The position numbers and the translations under genes are program-made. A stretch of DNA of 64,000 nt. Origin: Eledone cirrhosa. Lineage: Eukaryota. Below, piece after piece: positions 36,670 to 52,000 of the stretch. Under the pieces are notes generated by a model, which was not told the origin of the DNA, made no database searches, and worked only from the letters and a program-made list of their open reading frames with translations. The stretch is from assembly GCA_964016885.1 (NCBI GenBank), contig OZ024742.1, forward strand, positions 368,652,001 through 368,716,000, written 5' to 3'. Every line of letters starts with the position of its first letter. Position 1 is the first letter of the stretch.

Positions 36670-36890
36670 GAAAGAATTGTGGGACAGATTTTACTGGTAA
36701 AACCAACTGGTAGGAGGCCCAGGAGTAGATCCCAAGAAGACGGTTAACATCCATGAACTCGGTTGGTCTAGCTTAGCGATCCAGTCGGATCAATTGAAAA
36801 TGGTTGCTTCAGACAGGACCCACTGGAAGGGGTGTTTGAGGAACCCGCCCACATTACCCTCTCAAAAATAAGTGGGAAAAGAAGAAGGAA
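36670..36890 (+). mobile_element. Degenerate RTE-like ORF2 C-terminal fragment
   Basis: Translates as KPTGRRPRSRS.. and LKMVASDRTHWKG, resembling RTE G.RPRGRP...A.DR..W. Confidence 0.55.
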
Positions 36891-37071
36891 AATTGTAGGG
36901 GTGAGGGGGTTACAGTCAGATGCTCTTCCTACCAATACACATTGTTACAGCTTGTGTTTGTGTCAATTTCACCAACCTTCCATGAGGTTGCAGCTCAAAC
37001 GAGGTTTCTCATTTGTTCTAATAAAGGTCCCCAGTTTTATCATGTCACTAATTTTCTGATCACAAGAAACA

Positions 37072-37083
37072 GGATTTGAACCC
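37072..37083 (-). promoter_or_regulatory. Pol III B-box-like motif at the edge of the satellite (GGGTTCAAATCC)
   Basis: Matches GTTCRANNC; same context as SINE B-boxes at 33243 and 35175. Confidence 0.6.
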
Positions 37084-37099
37084 AGAAGATACAGAGTTC

Positions 37100-40000
37100 A
37101 AACAGATCCTACAAGACACCCTATTCCAATGTTCCAAGTCTACCAATAAACAGATCCTACAACACACCCTATTCCAATGTTCCAAGTCTACCAATAAACA
37201 GATCCTACAAGACACCCTATTCCAATGTTCCAAGTCTACCAATAAACAGATCGTACAAGACACCCTATTCAAATGTTTCGAGTCTACCAATAAACAGATC
37301 CTACAAGACACCCTATTCCAATGTTCCAAGTCTACCAATAAACAGATCGTACAAGACACCCTATTCCAATGTTCCAAGTCTACCAATAAACAGATCGTAC
37401 AAGACACCCTATTCCAATGTTCCAAGTCTACCAATAAACAGATCCTACAAGACACCCTATTCCAATGTTCCAAGTCTACCAATAAACAGATCCTACAAGA
37501 CACCTTATTCCAATGTTCCAAGTCTACCAATAAACAGATCGTACAAGACACCCTATTCAAATGTTTCAAGTCTACCAATAAACAGATCCTACAAGACACC
37601 CTATTCCAATGTTCCAAGTCTACCAATAAACAGATCCTACAAGACACCCTATTCCAATGTTCCAAGTCTACCAATAAACAGATTCTACAAGACACCCTAT
37701 TCCAATGTTCCAAGTCTACCAATAAACAGATTCTACAAGACACCATATTCCAATGTTTCAAGTCTACCAATAAACAGATTCTACAAGACACCCTATTCCA
37801 ATGTTTCAAGTCTACCAATAAACAGATCGTACAAGACACCCTATTCAAATGTTCCGAGTCTACCAATAAACAGATTCTACAAGACACCCTATTCCAATGT
37901 TCCGAGTCTACCAATAAACAGATCCTACAAGACACCCTATTCCAATGTTCCAAGTCTACCAATAAACAGATCCTACAAGACACCCTATTCCAATGTTCCA
38001 AGTCTACCAATAAACAGATCCTACAAGACACCTTATTCCAATGTTCCAAGTCTACCAATAAACAGATCCTACAAGACACCCTATTCCAATGTTCCAAGTC
38101 TACTAATAAACAGATCCTACAAGACACCCTATTCCAATGTTCCAAGTCTACCAATAAACAGATCCTACAAGACACCTTATTCCAATGTTCCAAGTCTACC
38201 AATAAACAGATCCTACAAGACACCTTATTCCAATGTTCCGAGTCTACCAATAAACAGATCCTACAAAACACCCTATTCCAATGTTCCGAGTCTACCAATA
38301 AACAGATCCTACAAGACACCTTATTCCAATGTTCCAAGTCTACCAATAAACATATCCTACAAGACACCCTATTCCAATGTTCCGAGTCTACCAATAAACA
38401 GATCCTACAAGACACCTTATTCCAATGTTCCAAGTCTACCAATAAACATATCCTACAAGACACCCTATTCCAATGTTCCAAGTCAACTAATAAACAGATC
38501 CTACAAGACACCCTATTCCAATGTTTCAAGTCTACCAATAAACAGATCCTACAAGACACCTTATTCCAATGTTCCGAGTCTACCAATAAACAGATCCTAC
38601 AAGACACCCTATTCCAATGTTCCGAGTCTACCAATAAACAGATCCTACAAGACACACTATTCCAATGTTCCAAGTCTACCAATAAACAGATCCTACAAGA
38701 CACCCTATTCCAATGTTCCAAGTCTACCAATAAACAGATCCTACAAGACACCATATTCAATGTTCCAAGTCTACCAATAAACAGATCCTACAAGACACCC
38801 TATTCCAATGTTCCAAGTCTACCAATAAACAGATCCTACAAGACACCTTATTCCAATGTTCCAAGTCTACCAATAAACAGATCCTACAAGACACCTTATT
38901 CCAATGTTCCGAGTCTACCAATAAACAGATCCTACAAGACACCCTATTCCAATGTTCCCAGTCTACCAATAAACAGATCCTACAAGACACCTTATTCCAA
39001 TGTTCCAAGTCTACCAATAAACATATCCTACAAGACACCCTATTCCAATGTTCCAAGTCTACCAATAAACAGATCCTACAAGACGCCCTATTCCAATGTT
39101 TCAAGTCTACCAATAAACAGATCCTACAAGACACCCTATTCCAATGTTCCGAGTCTACCAATAAACAGATCCTACAAGACACCTTATTCCAATGTTCCAA
39201 GTCTACCAATAAACATATCCTACAAGACACCCTATTCCAATGTTCCAAGTCTACCAATAAACAGATCCTACAAGACACCCTATTCCAATGTTTCAAGTCT
39301 ACCAATAAACAGATCCTACAAGACACCCTATTCCAATGTTCCAAGTCTACCAATAAACAGATCCTACAAGACACCCTATTCCAATGTTCCAAGTCTACCA
39401 ATAAACAGATCCTACAAGACACCCTATTCCAATGTTCCAAGTCTACCAATAAACAGATCCTACAAGACACCCTATTCCAATGTTCCAAGTCTACCAATAA
39501 ACAGATCCTACAAGACACCCTATTCCAATGTTCCAAGTCTACCAATAAACAGATCCTACAAGACACCCTATTCCAATGTTCCAAGTCTACCAATAAACAG
39601 ATCCTACAAGACACCCTATTCCAATGTTCCAAGTCTACCAATAAACAGATCCTACAAGACACCCTATTCCAATGTTCCAAGTCTACCAATAAACAGATCC
39701 TACAAGGCACCTTATTCCAATGTTCCAAGTCTACCAATAAACAGATCCTACAAGCTACCTTATTCCAATGTTCCAAGTCTACCAATAAACATATCCTACA
39801 AGACACCCTATTCCAATGTTCCAAGTCTACCAATAAACATATCCTACAAGACACCCTATTCCAATGTTCCAAGTCTACCAATAAACAGATTCTACAAGAC
39901 AACCTATTCCAATGTTTCAAGTCTACTAATAAACAGATCCTACAAGACACCCTATTCCAATGTTTCAAGTCTACCAATAAACAGATTCTACAAGACACCT

Positions 40001-43000
40001 TATTCCAATGTTCCGAGTCTACCAATAAACATATCCTACAAGACACCCTATTCCAATGTTCCAAGTCTACCAATAAACATATCCTACAAGACACCCTATT
40101 CCAATGTTCCAAGTCTACCAATAAACATATCCTACAAGACACCCTATTCCAATGTTCCAAGTCTACCAATAAACAGATTCTACAAGACAACCTATTCCAA
40201 TGTTTCAAGTCTACTAATAAACAGATCCTACAAGACACCCTATTCCAATGTTTCAAGTCTACCAATAAACAGATTCTACAAGACACCTTATTCCAATGTT
40301 CCGAGTCTACCAATAAACAGATCCTACAAGACACCCTATTCAAATGTTCCGAGTCTACCAATAAACAGATTCTACAAGACACCATATTCCAATGTTTCAA
40401 GTCTACCAATAAACAGATTCTACAAGACACCCTATTCCAATGTTCCGAGTCTACCAATAAACAGATCCTACAAGACACCCTATTCCAATGTTCCGAGTCT
40501 ACCAATAAACAGATCCTACAAGACACCCTATTCAAATGTTCCGAGTCTACCAATAAACAGATTCTACAAGACACCCTATTCCAATGTTCCAAGTCTACCA
40601 ATAAACAACTCCTACAAGACACCCTATTCCAATGTTTCAAGTCTACCAATAAACAGATCCTACAAGACACCTTATTCCAATGTTCCGAGTCTACCAATAA
40701 ACAGATCCTACAAGACACCCTATTCCAATGTTTCAAGTCTACCAATAAACAGATCCTACAAGACACCTTATTCCAATGTTCCAAGTCTACCAATAAACAT
40801 ATCCTACAAGACACCCTATTCCAATGTTCCGAGTCTACCAATAAACAGATCCTACAAGACACCCTATTCCAATGTTCCAAGTCTACCAATAAACAGATCC
40901 TACAAGACACCCTATTCCAATGTTCCAAGTCTACCAATAAACAGATCCTACAAGACACCATATTCAATGTTCCAAGTCTACCAATAAACAGATCCTACAA
41001 GACACCCTATTCCAATGTTCCAAGTCTACCAATAAACAGATCCTACAAGACACCTTATTCCAATGTTCCAAGTCTACCAATAAACAGATCCTACAAGACA
41101 CCTTATTCCAATGTTCCGAGTCTACCAATAAACAGATCCTACAAGACACCCTATTCCAATGTTCCAAGTCTACCAATAAACATATCCTACAAGACACCCT
41201 ATTCCAATGTTCCAAGTCTACCAATAAACAGATCCTACAAGACGCCCTATTCCAATGTTTCAAGTCTACCAATAAACATATCCTACAAGACACCCTATTC
41301 CAATGTTCCAAGTCTACCAATAAACAGATCCTACAAGACACCCTATTCCAATGTTTCAAGTCTACCAATAAACAGATCCTACAAGACACCCTATTCCAAT
41401 GTTCCAAGTCTACCAATAAACAGATCCTACAAGACACCCTATTCCAATGTTCAGAGTCTACCAATAAACAGATCCTACAAGACACCTTATTCCAATGTTC
41501 CAAGTCTACCAATAAACATATCCTACAAGACACCCTATTCCAATGTTCCAAGTCTACCAATAAACATATCCTACAAGACACCCTATTCCAATGTTCCAAG
41601 TCTACCAATAAACAGATTCTACAAGACAACCTATTCCAATGTTTTAAGTCTACTAATAAACAGATCCTACAAGACACCCTATTCCAATGTTTCAAGTCTA
41701 CCAATAAACAGATCCTACAAGACACCTTATTCCAATGTTCCAAGTCTACCAATAAACATATCCTACAAGACACCCTATTCCAATGTTCCAAGTCTACCAA
41801 TAAACAGATCCTACAAGACACCCTATTACAATGTTCCAAGTCTACCAATAAACAGATCCTACAAGACACCTTATTCCAATGTTCCGAGTCTACCAATAAA
41901 CAGATCCTACAAGACACCCTATTCAAATGTTCCGAGTCTACCAATAAACAGATCCTACAAGACACCTTATTCCAATGTTCCAAGTCTACCAATAAACAGA
42001 TCCTACAAGACACCCTATTCAAATGTTCTGAGTCTACCAATAAACAGATCCTACAAGACACCTTATTCCAATGTTCCAAGTCTACCAATAAACAGATCCT
42101 ACAAGACACCCTATTCCAATGTTCCGAGTCTACCAATAAACAGATCCTACAAGACATCCTATTCCAATGTTCCAAGTCTACCAATAAACAGATCCTACAA
42201 GACACCCTATTCCAATGTTTCAAGTCTACCAATAAACAGATCCTACAAGACACCTTATTCCAATGTTCCGAGTCTACCAATAAACAGATCCTACAAGACA
42301 CCCTATTCCAATGTTCCGAGTCTACCAATAAACAGATCCTACAAGACACCCTATTCCAATGTTCCAAGTCTACCAATAAACAGATCCTACAAGACACCCT
42401 ATTCCAATGTTCCAAGTCTACCAATAAACAGATTCTACAAGACACCCTATTCCAATGTTCCAAGTCTACCAATAAACAGATTCTACAAGACACCATATTC
42501 CAATGTTTCAAGTCTACCAATAAACAGATTCTACAAGACACCCTATTCCAATGTTTCAAGTCTACCAATAAACAGATCGTACAAGACACCTTATTCAAAT
42601 GTTCCGAGTCTACCAATAAACAGATTCTACAAGACACCCTATTCCAATGTTCCGAGTCTACCAATAAACAGATCCTACAAGACACCCTATTCCAATGTTC
42701 CAAGTCTACCAATAAACAGATCCTACAAGACACCCTATTCCAATGTTCCAAGTCTACCAATAAACAGATCCTACAAGACACATTATTCCAATGTTCCAAG
42801 TCTACCAATAAACAGATCCTACAAGACACCCTATTCCAATGTTCCAAGTCTACCAATAAACAGATTCTACAAGACACCCTATTCCAATGTTCCAAGTCTA
42901 CCAATAAACAGATCCTACAAGACACCTTATTCCAATGTTCCAAGTCTACCAATAAACAGATCCTACAAGACACCCTATTCCAATGTTCCAAGTCTACCAA

Positions 43001-46000
43001 TAAACAGATCCTACAAGACACCCTATTCCAATGTTCCAAGTCTACCAATAAACAGATTCTACAAGACGCCTTATTCCAATGTTCCAAGTCTACCAATAAA
43101 CAGATCCTACAAGACACCCTATTCCAATGTTCCAAGTCTACTAATAAACAGATCCTACAAGACACCATATTCCAATGTTCCAAGTCTACCAATAAACAGA
43201 TCCTACAAGACACCCTATTCCAATGTTCCAAGTCTAACAATAAACAGATCCTACAAGACACCCTATTCCAATGTTCCGAGTCTACCAATAAACAGATCCT
43301 ACAAGACACCCTATTCCAATGTTCCGAGTCTACCAATAAACAGATCCTACAAGACACCTTATTCCAATGTTCCAAGTCTACCAATAAACAGATCCTACAA
43401 GACACCTTATTCCAATGTTCCAAGTCTACCAATAAACAGATCCTACAAGACACCTTATTCCAATGTTCCGAGTCTACCAATAAACAGATCCTACAAAACA
43501 CCCTATTCCAATGTTCCGAGTCTACCAATAAACAGATCCTACAAGACACCTTATTCCAATGTTCCAAGTCTACCAATAATCATATCCTACAAGACACCCT
43601 ATTCCAATGTTCCGAGTCTACCAATAAACAGATCCTACAAGACATCCTATTCCAATGTTCCAAGTCTACCAATAAACAGATCCTACAAGACACCCTATTC
43701 CAATGTTTCAAGTCTACCAATAAACAGATCCTACAAGACACCTTATTCCAATGTTCCGAGTCTACCAATAAACAGATCCTACAAGACACCCTATTCCAAT
43801 GTTCCGAGTCTACCAATAAACAGATCCTACAAGACACCCTATTCCAATGTTCCAAGTCTACCAATAAACAGATCCTACAAGACACCCTATTCCAATGTTC
43901 CAAGTCTACCAATAAACAGATTCTACAAGACACCCTATTCCAATGTTCCAAGTCTACCAATAAACAGATTCTACAAGACACCATATTCCAATGTTTCAAG
44001 TCTACCAATAAACAGATTCTACAAGACACCCTATTCCAATGTTTCAAGTCTACCAATAAACAGATCGTACAAGACACCTTATTCAAATGTTCCGAGTCTA
44101 CCAATAAACAGATTCTACAAGACACCCTATTCCAATGTTCCGAGTCTACCAATAAACAGATCCTACAAGACACCCTATTCCAATGTTCCAAGTCTACCAA
44201 TAAACAGATCCTACAAGACACCCTATTCCAATGTTCCAAGTCTACCAATAAACAGATCCTACAAGACACATTATTCCAATGTTCCAAGTCTACCAATAAA
44301 CAGATCCTACAAGACACCCTATTCCAATGTTCCAAGTCTACCAATAAACAGATTCTACAAGACACCCTATTCCAATGTTCCAAGTCTACCAATAAACAGA
44401 TCCTACAAGACACCTTATTCCAATGTTCCAAGTCTACCAATAAACAGATCCTACAAGACACCCTATTCCAATGTTCCAAGTCTACCAATAAACAGATCCT
44501 ACAAGACACCCTATTCCAATGTTCCAAGTCTACCAATAAACAGATTCTACAAGACGCCTTATTCCAATGTTCCAAGTCTACCAATAAACAGATCCTACAA
44601 GACACCCTATTCCAATGTTCCAAGTCTACTAATAAACAGATCCTACAAGACACCATATTCCAATGTTCCAAGTCTACCAATAAACAGATCCTACAAGACA
44701 CCCTATTCCAATGTTCCAAGTCTAACAATAAACAGATCCTACAAGACACCCTATTCCAATGTTCCGAGTCTACCAATAAACAGATCCTACAAGACACCCT
44801 ATTCCAATGTTCCGAGTCTACCAATAAACAGATCCTACAAGACACCCTATTCCAATGTTCCAAGTCTACCAATAAACAGATTCTACAAGACACCCTATTC
44901 CAATGTTCCAAGTCTACCAATAAACAGATTCTACAAGACACCATATTCCAATGTTTCAAGTCTACCAATAAACAGATTCTACAAGACACCCTATTCCAAT
45001 GTTTCAAGTCTACCAATAAACAGATCGTACAAGACACCTTATTCAAATGTTCCGAGTCTACCAATAAACAGATTCTACAAGACACCCTATTCCAATGTTC
45101 CGAGTCTACCAATAAACAGATCCTACAAGACACCCTATTCCAATGTTCCAAGTCTACCAATAAACAGATCCTACAAGACACCCTATTCCAATGTTCCAAG
45201 TCTAACAATAAACAGATCCTACAAGACACCCTATTCCAATGTTCCGAGTCTACCAATAAACAGATCCTACAAGACACCCTATTCCAATGTTCCGAGTCTA
45301 CCAATAAACAGATCCTACAAGACACCTTATTCCAATGTTCCAAGTCTACCAATAAACAGATCCTACAAGACACCTTATTCCAATGTTCCAAGTCTACCAA
45401 TAAACAGATCCTACAAGACACCTTATTCCAATGTTCCGAGTCTACCAATAAACAGATCCTACAAAACACCCTATTCCAATGTTCCGAGTCTACCAATAAA
45501 CAGATCCTACAAGACACCTTATTCCAATGTTCCAAGTCTACCAATAATCATATCCTACAAGACACCCTATTCCAATGTTCCGAGTCTACCAATAAACAGA
45601 TCCTACAAGACATCCTATTCCAATGTTCCAAGTCTACCAATAAACAGATCCTACAAGACACCCTATTCCAATGTTTCAAGTCTACCAATAAACAGATCCT
45701 ACAAGACACCTTATTCCAATGTTCCGAGTCTACCAATAAACAGATCCTACAAGACACCCTATTCCAATGTTCCGAGTCTACCAATAAACAGATCCTACAA
45801 GACACCCTATTCCAATGTTCCAAGTCTACCAATAAACAGATCCTACAAGACACCCTATTCCAATGTTCCAAGTCTACCAATAAACAGATTCTACAAGACA
45901 CCCTATTCCAATGTTCCAAGTCTACCAATAAACAGATTCTACAAGACACCATATTCCAATGTTTCAAGTCTACCAATAAACAGATTCTACAAGACACCCT

Positions 46001-49000
46001 ATTCCAATGTTTCAAGTCTACCAATAAACAGATCGTACAAGACACCTTATTCAAATGTTCCGAGTCTACCAATAAACAGATTCTACAAGACACCCTATTC
46101 CAATGTTCCGAGTCTACCAATAAACAGATCCTACAAGACACCCTATTCCAATGTTCCAAGTCTACCAATAAACAGATCCTACAAGACACCCTATTCCAAT
46201 GTTCCAAGTCTACCAATAAACAGATCCTACAAGACACATTATTCCAATGTTCCAAGTCTACCAATAAACAGATCCTACAAGACACCCTATTCCAATGTTC
46301 CAAGTCTACCAATAAACAGATTCTACAAGACACCCTATTCCAATGTTCCAAGTCTACCAATAAACAGATCCTACAAGACACCTTATTCCAATGTTCCAAG
46401 TCTACCAATAAACAGATCCTACAAGACACCCTATTCCAATGTTCCAAGTCTACCAATAAACAGATCCTACAAGACACCCTATTCCAATGTTCCAAGTCTA
46501 CCAATAAACAGATTCTACAAGACGCCTTATTCCAATGTTCCAAGTCTACCAATAAACAGATCCTACAAGACACCCTATTCCAATGTTCCAAGTCTACTAA
46601 TAAACAGATCCTACAAGACACCATATTCCAATGTTCCAAGTCTACCAATAAACAGATCCTACAAGACACCCTATTCCAATGTTCCAAGTCTAACAATAAA
46701 CAGATCCTACAAGACACCCTATTCCAATGTTCCGAGTCTACCAATAAACAGATCCTACAAGACACCTTATTCCAATGTTCCAAGTCTACCAATAAACAGA
46801 TCCTACAAGACACCTTATTCCAATGTTCCAAGTCTACCAATAAACAGATCCTACAAGACACCTTATTCCAATGTTCCGAGTCTACCAATAAACAGATCCT
46901 ACAAAACACCCTATTCCAATGTTCCGAGTCTACCAATAAACAGATCCTACAAGACACCTTATTCCAATGTTCCAAGTCTACCAATAATCATATCCTACAA
47001 GACACCCTATTCCAATGTTCCGAGTCTACCAATAAACAGATCCTACAAGACACCTTATTCCAATGTTCCAAGTCTACCAATAAACATATCCTACAAGACA
47101 CCCTATTCCAATGTTCCAAGTCTACCAATAAACAGATCCTACAAGACACCCTATTCCAATGTTCCGAGTCTACCAATAAACAGATCCTACAAGACACCCT
47201 ATTCCAATGTTCCAAGTCTACCAATAAACAGATCCTACAAGACACCCTATTCCAATGTTCCAAGTCTACCAATAAACAGATTCTACAAGACACCCTATTC
47301 CAATGTTCCAAGTCTACCAATAATCATATCCTACAAGACACCCTATTCCAATGTTCCGAGTCTACCAATAAACAGATCCTACAAGACACCTTATTCCAAT
47401 GTTCCAAGTCTACCAATAAACATATCCTACAAGACACCCTATTCCAATGTTCCAAGTCTACCAATAAACAGATCCTACAAGACACCCTATTCCAATGTTT
47501 CAAGTCTACCAATAAACAGATCCTACAAGACACCCTATTCCAATGTTCCAAGTCTACCAATAAACAGATTCTACAAGACACCCTATTCCAATGTTCCAAG
47601 TCTACCAATAAACAGATCCTACAAGACACCTTATTCCAATGTTCCAAGTCTACCAATAAACAGATCCTACAAGACACCCTATTCCAATGTTCCAAGTCTA
47701 CCAATAAACAGATCCTACAAGACACCCTATTCCAATGTTCCAAGTCTACCAATAAACAGATTCTACAAGACGCCTTATTCCAATGTTCCAAGTCTACCAA
47801 TAAACAGATCCTACAAGACACCCTATTCCAATGTTCCAAGTCTACTAATAAACAGATCCTACAAGACACCATATTCCAATGTTCCAAGTCTACCAATAAA
47901 CAGATCCTACAAGACACCCTATTCCAATGTTCCAAGTCTAACAATAAACAGATCCTACAAGACACCCTATTCCAATGTTCCGAGTCTACCAATAAACAGA
48001 TCCTACAAGACACCTTATTCCAATGTTCCAAGTCTACCAATAAACAGATCCTACAAGACACCTTATTCCAATGTTCCAAGTCTACCAATAAACAGATCCT
48101 ACAAGACACCTTATTCCAATGTTCCGAGTCTACCAATAAACAGATCCTACAAAACACCCTATTCCAATGTTCCGAGTCTACCAATAAACAGATCCTACAA
48201 GACACCTTATTCCAATGTTCCAAGTCTACCAATAATCATATCCTACAAGACACCCTATTCCAATGTTCCGAGTCTACCAATAAACAGATCCTACAAGACA
48301 CCTTATTCCAATGTTCCAAGTCTACCAATAAACATATCCTACAAGACACCCTATTCCAATGTTCCAAGTCTACCAATAAACAGATCCTACAAGACACCCT
48401 ATTCCAATGTTTCAAGTCTACCAATAAACAGATCCTACAAGACACCTTATTCCAATGTTCCAAGTCTACCAATAAACATATCCTACAAGACACCCTATTC
48501 CAATGTTCCAAGTCTACCAATAAACAGATCCTACAAGACACCCTATTCCAATGTTTCAAGTCTACCAATAAACAGATCCTACAAGACACCTTATTCCAAT
48601 GTTCCGAGTCTACCAATAAACAGATCCTACAAGACACCCTATTCCAATGTTCCGAGTCTACCAATAAACAGATCCGACAAGACACCCTATTCCAATGTTC
48701 CAAGTCTACCAATAAACAGATCCTACAAGACACCCTATTCCAATGTTCCAAGTCTACCAATAAACAGATCCTACAAGACACCATATTCAATGTTCCAAGT
48801 CTAACAATAAACAGATCCTACAAGACACCCCATTCCAATGTTCCAAGTCTACCAATAAACAGATCCTACAAGACACCTTATTCCAATGTTCCAAGTCTAC
48901 CAATAAACAGATCCTACAAGCTACCTTATTCCAATGTTCCAAGTCTACCAATAAACATATCCTACAAGACACCCTATTCCAATATTCCAAGTCTACCAAT

Positions 49001-52000
49001 AAACAGATCCTACAAGACACCCTATTCCAATGTTCCGAGTCTACCAATAAACAGATCCTACAAGACACCCTATTCCAATGTTTCAAGTCTACCAATAAAC
49101 AGATCCTACAAGACACCCTATTCCAATGTTCCGAGTCTACCAATAAACAGATCCTACAAGACACCCTATTCCAATGTTCCAAGTCTACCAATAAACAGAT
49201 CCTACAAAACACCCTATTCCAATGTTCCAAGTCTACCAATAAACACATTCTACAAGACACCCTATTCCAATGTTCCAAGTCTACCAATAAACAGATCCTA
49301 CAAGACACCCTATTCCAATGTTTCAAGTCTACCAATAAACAGATCCTACAAGACACCCTATTCCAATGTTTCAAGTCTACCAATAAACAGATTCTACAAG
49401 ACACCTTATTCCAAGTCTACCAATAAACAGATCCTACAAGACACCCTATTCCAATGTTTCAAGTCTACCAATAAACAGATTCTACAAGACACCTTATTCC
49501 AAGTCTACCAATAAACAGATCCTACAAGACACCCTATTCCAATGTTCCAAGTCTACCAATAAACAGATCCTACAAGACACCCTATTCCAATGTTCCAAGT
49601 CTACCAATAAACAGATCCTACAAGACACCCTATTCCAATGTTCCAAGTCTACTAATAAACAGATCCTACAAGACACCTTATTCCAATGTTTCAAGTCTAC
49701 CAATAAACAGATTCTACAAGACACCTTATTCCAATGTTTCAAGTCTACTAATAAACAGATTCTACAAGACACCCTATTCCAATGTTCCGAGTCTACCAAT
49801 AAACAGATCCTACAAGACACCCTATTCCAATGTTCCAAGTCTACCAATAAACAGATTCTACAAGACACCCTATTCAAATGTTCCGAGTCTACCAATAAAC
49901 AGATCCTACAAGACACCTTATTCCAATGTTTCAAGTCTACCAATAAACAGATTCTACAAGACACCTTATTCCAATGTTCCGAGTCTACCAATAAACAGAT
50001 CCTACAAGACACCTTATTCCAATGTTCCAAGTCTACCAATAAACAGATCCTACAAGACACCCTATTCCAATGTTCCAAGTCTACCAATAAACAGATCCTA
50101 CAAGACACCTTATTCCAATGTTCCGAGTCTACCAATAAACAGATCCTACAAGACACCCTATTCCAATGTTACGAGTCTACCAATAAACAGATCCTACAAG
50201 ACACCCTATTCCAATGTTCCAAGTCTACCAATAAACAGATCCTACAAGACACCCTACTCCAATGTTCCAAGTCTACCAATAAACAGATTCTACAAGACAC
50301 CCTATTCCAATGTTCCAAGTCTACCAATAAACAGATCCTACAAGACACCCTATTCCAATGTTCCGAGTCTACCAATAAACAGATCCTACAAGACACCCTA
50401 TTCCAATGTTCCGAGTCTACCAATAAACAGATCCTACAAGACACCCTATTCAAATGTTCCAAGTCTACCAATAAACAGATCCTACAAGACACCCTATTCG
50501 AAGGTTCCAAGTCTACCAATAAACAGATCCTACAAGACACCCTATTCGAATGTTCCAAGTCTACGAATAAACAGATGCTACAAGACACCCTATTCCAATG
50601 TTCCGAGTCTACCAATAAACAGATCCTACAAGACACCCTATTCAAATGTTCCAAGTCTACCAATAAACAGATCCTACAAGACACCCTATTCGAATGTTCC
50701 AAGTCTACCAATAAACAGATCCTACAAGACACCCTATTCTAATGTTCCAAATCTACCAATAAACAGATCCTACAAGACACCCTATTCCAATGTTTCAAGT
50801 CTACCAATAAACAGATCCTACAAGACACCCTATTCCAATGTTCCAAGTCTACCAATAAACAAATCCTACAAGACACCCTATTCCAATGTTCCGAGTCTAC
50901 CAATAAACAGATCCTACAAGACACCCTATTCCAATGTTTCAAGTCTACCAATAAACAGATTATACAAGACACCTTATTCGAAGTCTACCAATAAACAGAT
51001 CCTACAAGACACCCTATTCCAATGTTTCAAGTCTACCAATAAACAGATTCTTCAAGACACCTTATTCGAAGTCTACCAATAAACAAATCCTACAAGACAC
51101 CCTATTCCAATGTTCCGAGTCTACCAATAAACAGATCCTACAAGACACCCTATTCCAATGTTTCAAGTCTACCAATAAACAGATTCTACAAGACACCTTA
51201 TTCGAAGTCTACCAATAAACAGATCCTACAAGACACCTTATTCCAATGTTTCAAGTCTACCAATAAACAGATTCTACAAGACACCTTATTCCAATGTTTC
51301 AAGTCTACCAATAAACAGATCCTACAAGACACCTTATTCCAATGTTTCAAGTCTACCAATAATCAGATTCTACAAGACACCTTATTCCAATGTTTCAAGT
51401 CTACCAATAAACATATCCTACAAGACACCCTATTCCAATGTTCCAAGTCTACCAATAAACAGATCCTACAAGAAACCCTATTCCAATGTTTCAAGTCTAC
51501 CAATAAACAGATCCTACAAGACACCTTATTCCAATGTTCCGAGTCTACCAATAAACAGATCCTACAAGACACCCTATTCCAATGTTCCGAGTCTACCAAT
51601 AAACAGATCCTACAAGACACCCTATTCCAATGTTCCAAGTCTACCAATAAACAGATCCTACAAGACACCCTATTCCAATGTTCCAAGTCTACCAATAAAC
51701 AGATCCTACAAGACACCATATTCAATGTTCCAAGTCTACCAATAAACAGATCCTACAAGACACCCTATTCCAATGTTCCAAGTCTACCAATAAACAGATC
51801 CTACAAGACACCTTATTCCAATGTTCCAAGTCTACCAATAAACAGATCCTACAAGACACCCTATTCCAATGTTCCGAGTCTACCAATAAACAGATCCTAC
51901 AAGACACCTTATTCCAATGTTCCAAGTCTACCAATAAACATATCCTACAAGACACCCTATTCCAATGTTCCAAGTCTACCAATAAACAGATCCTACAAGA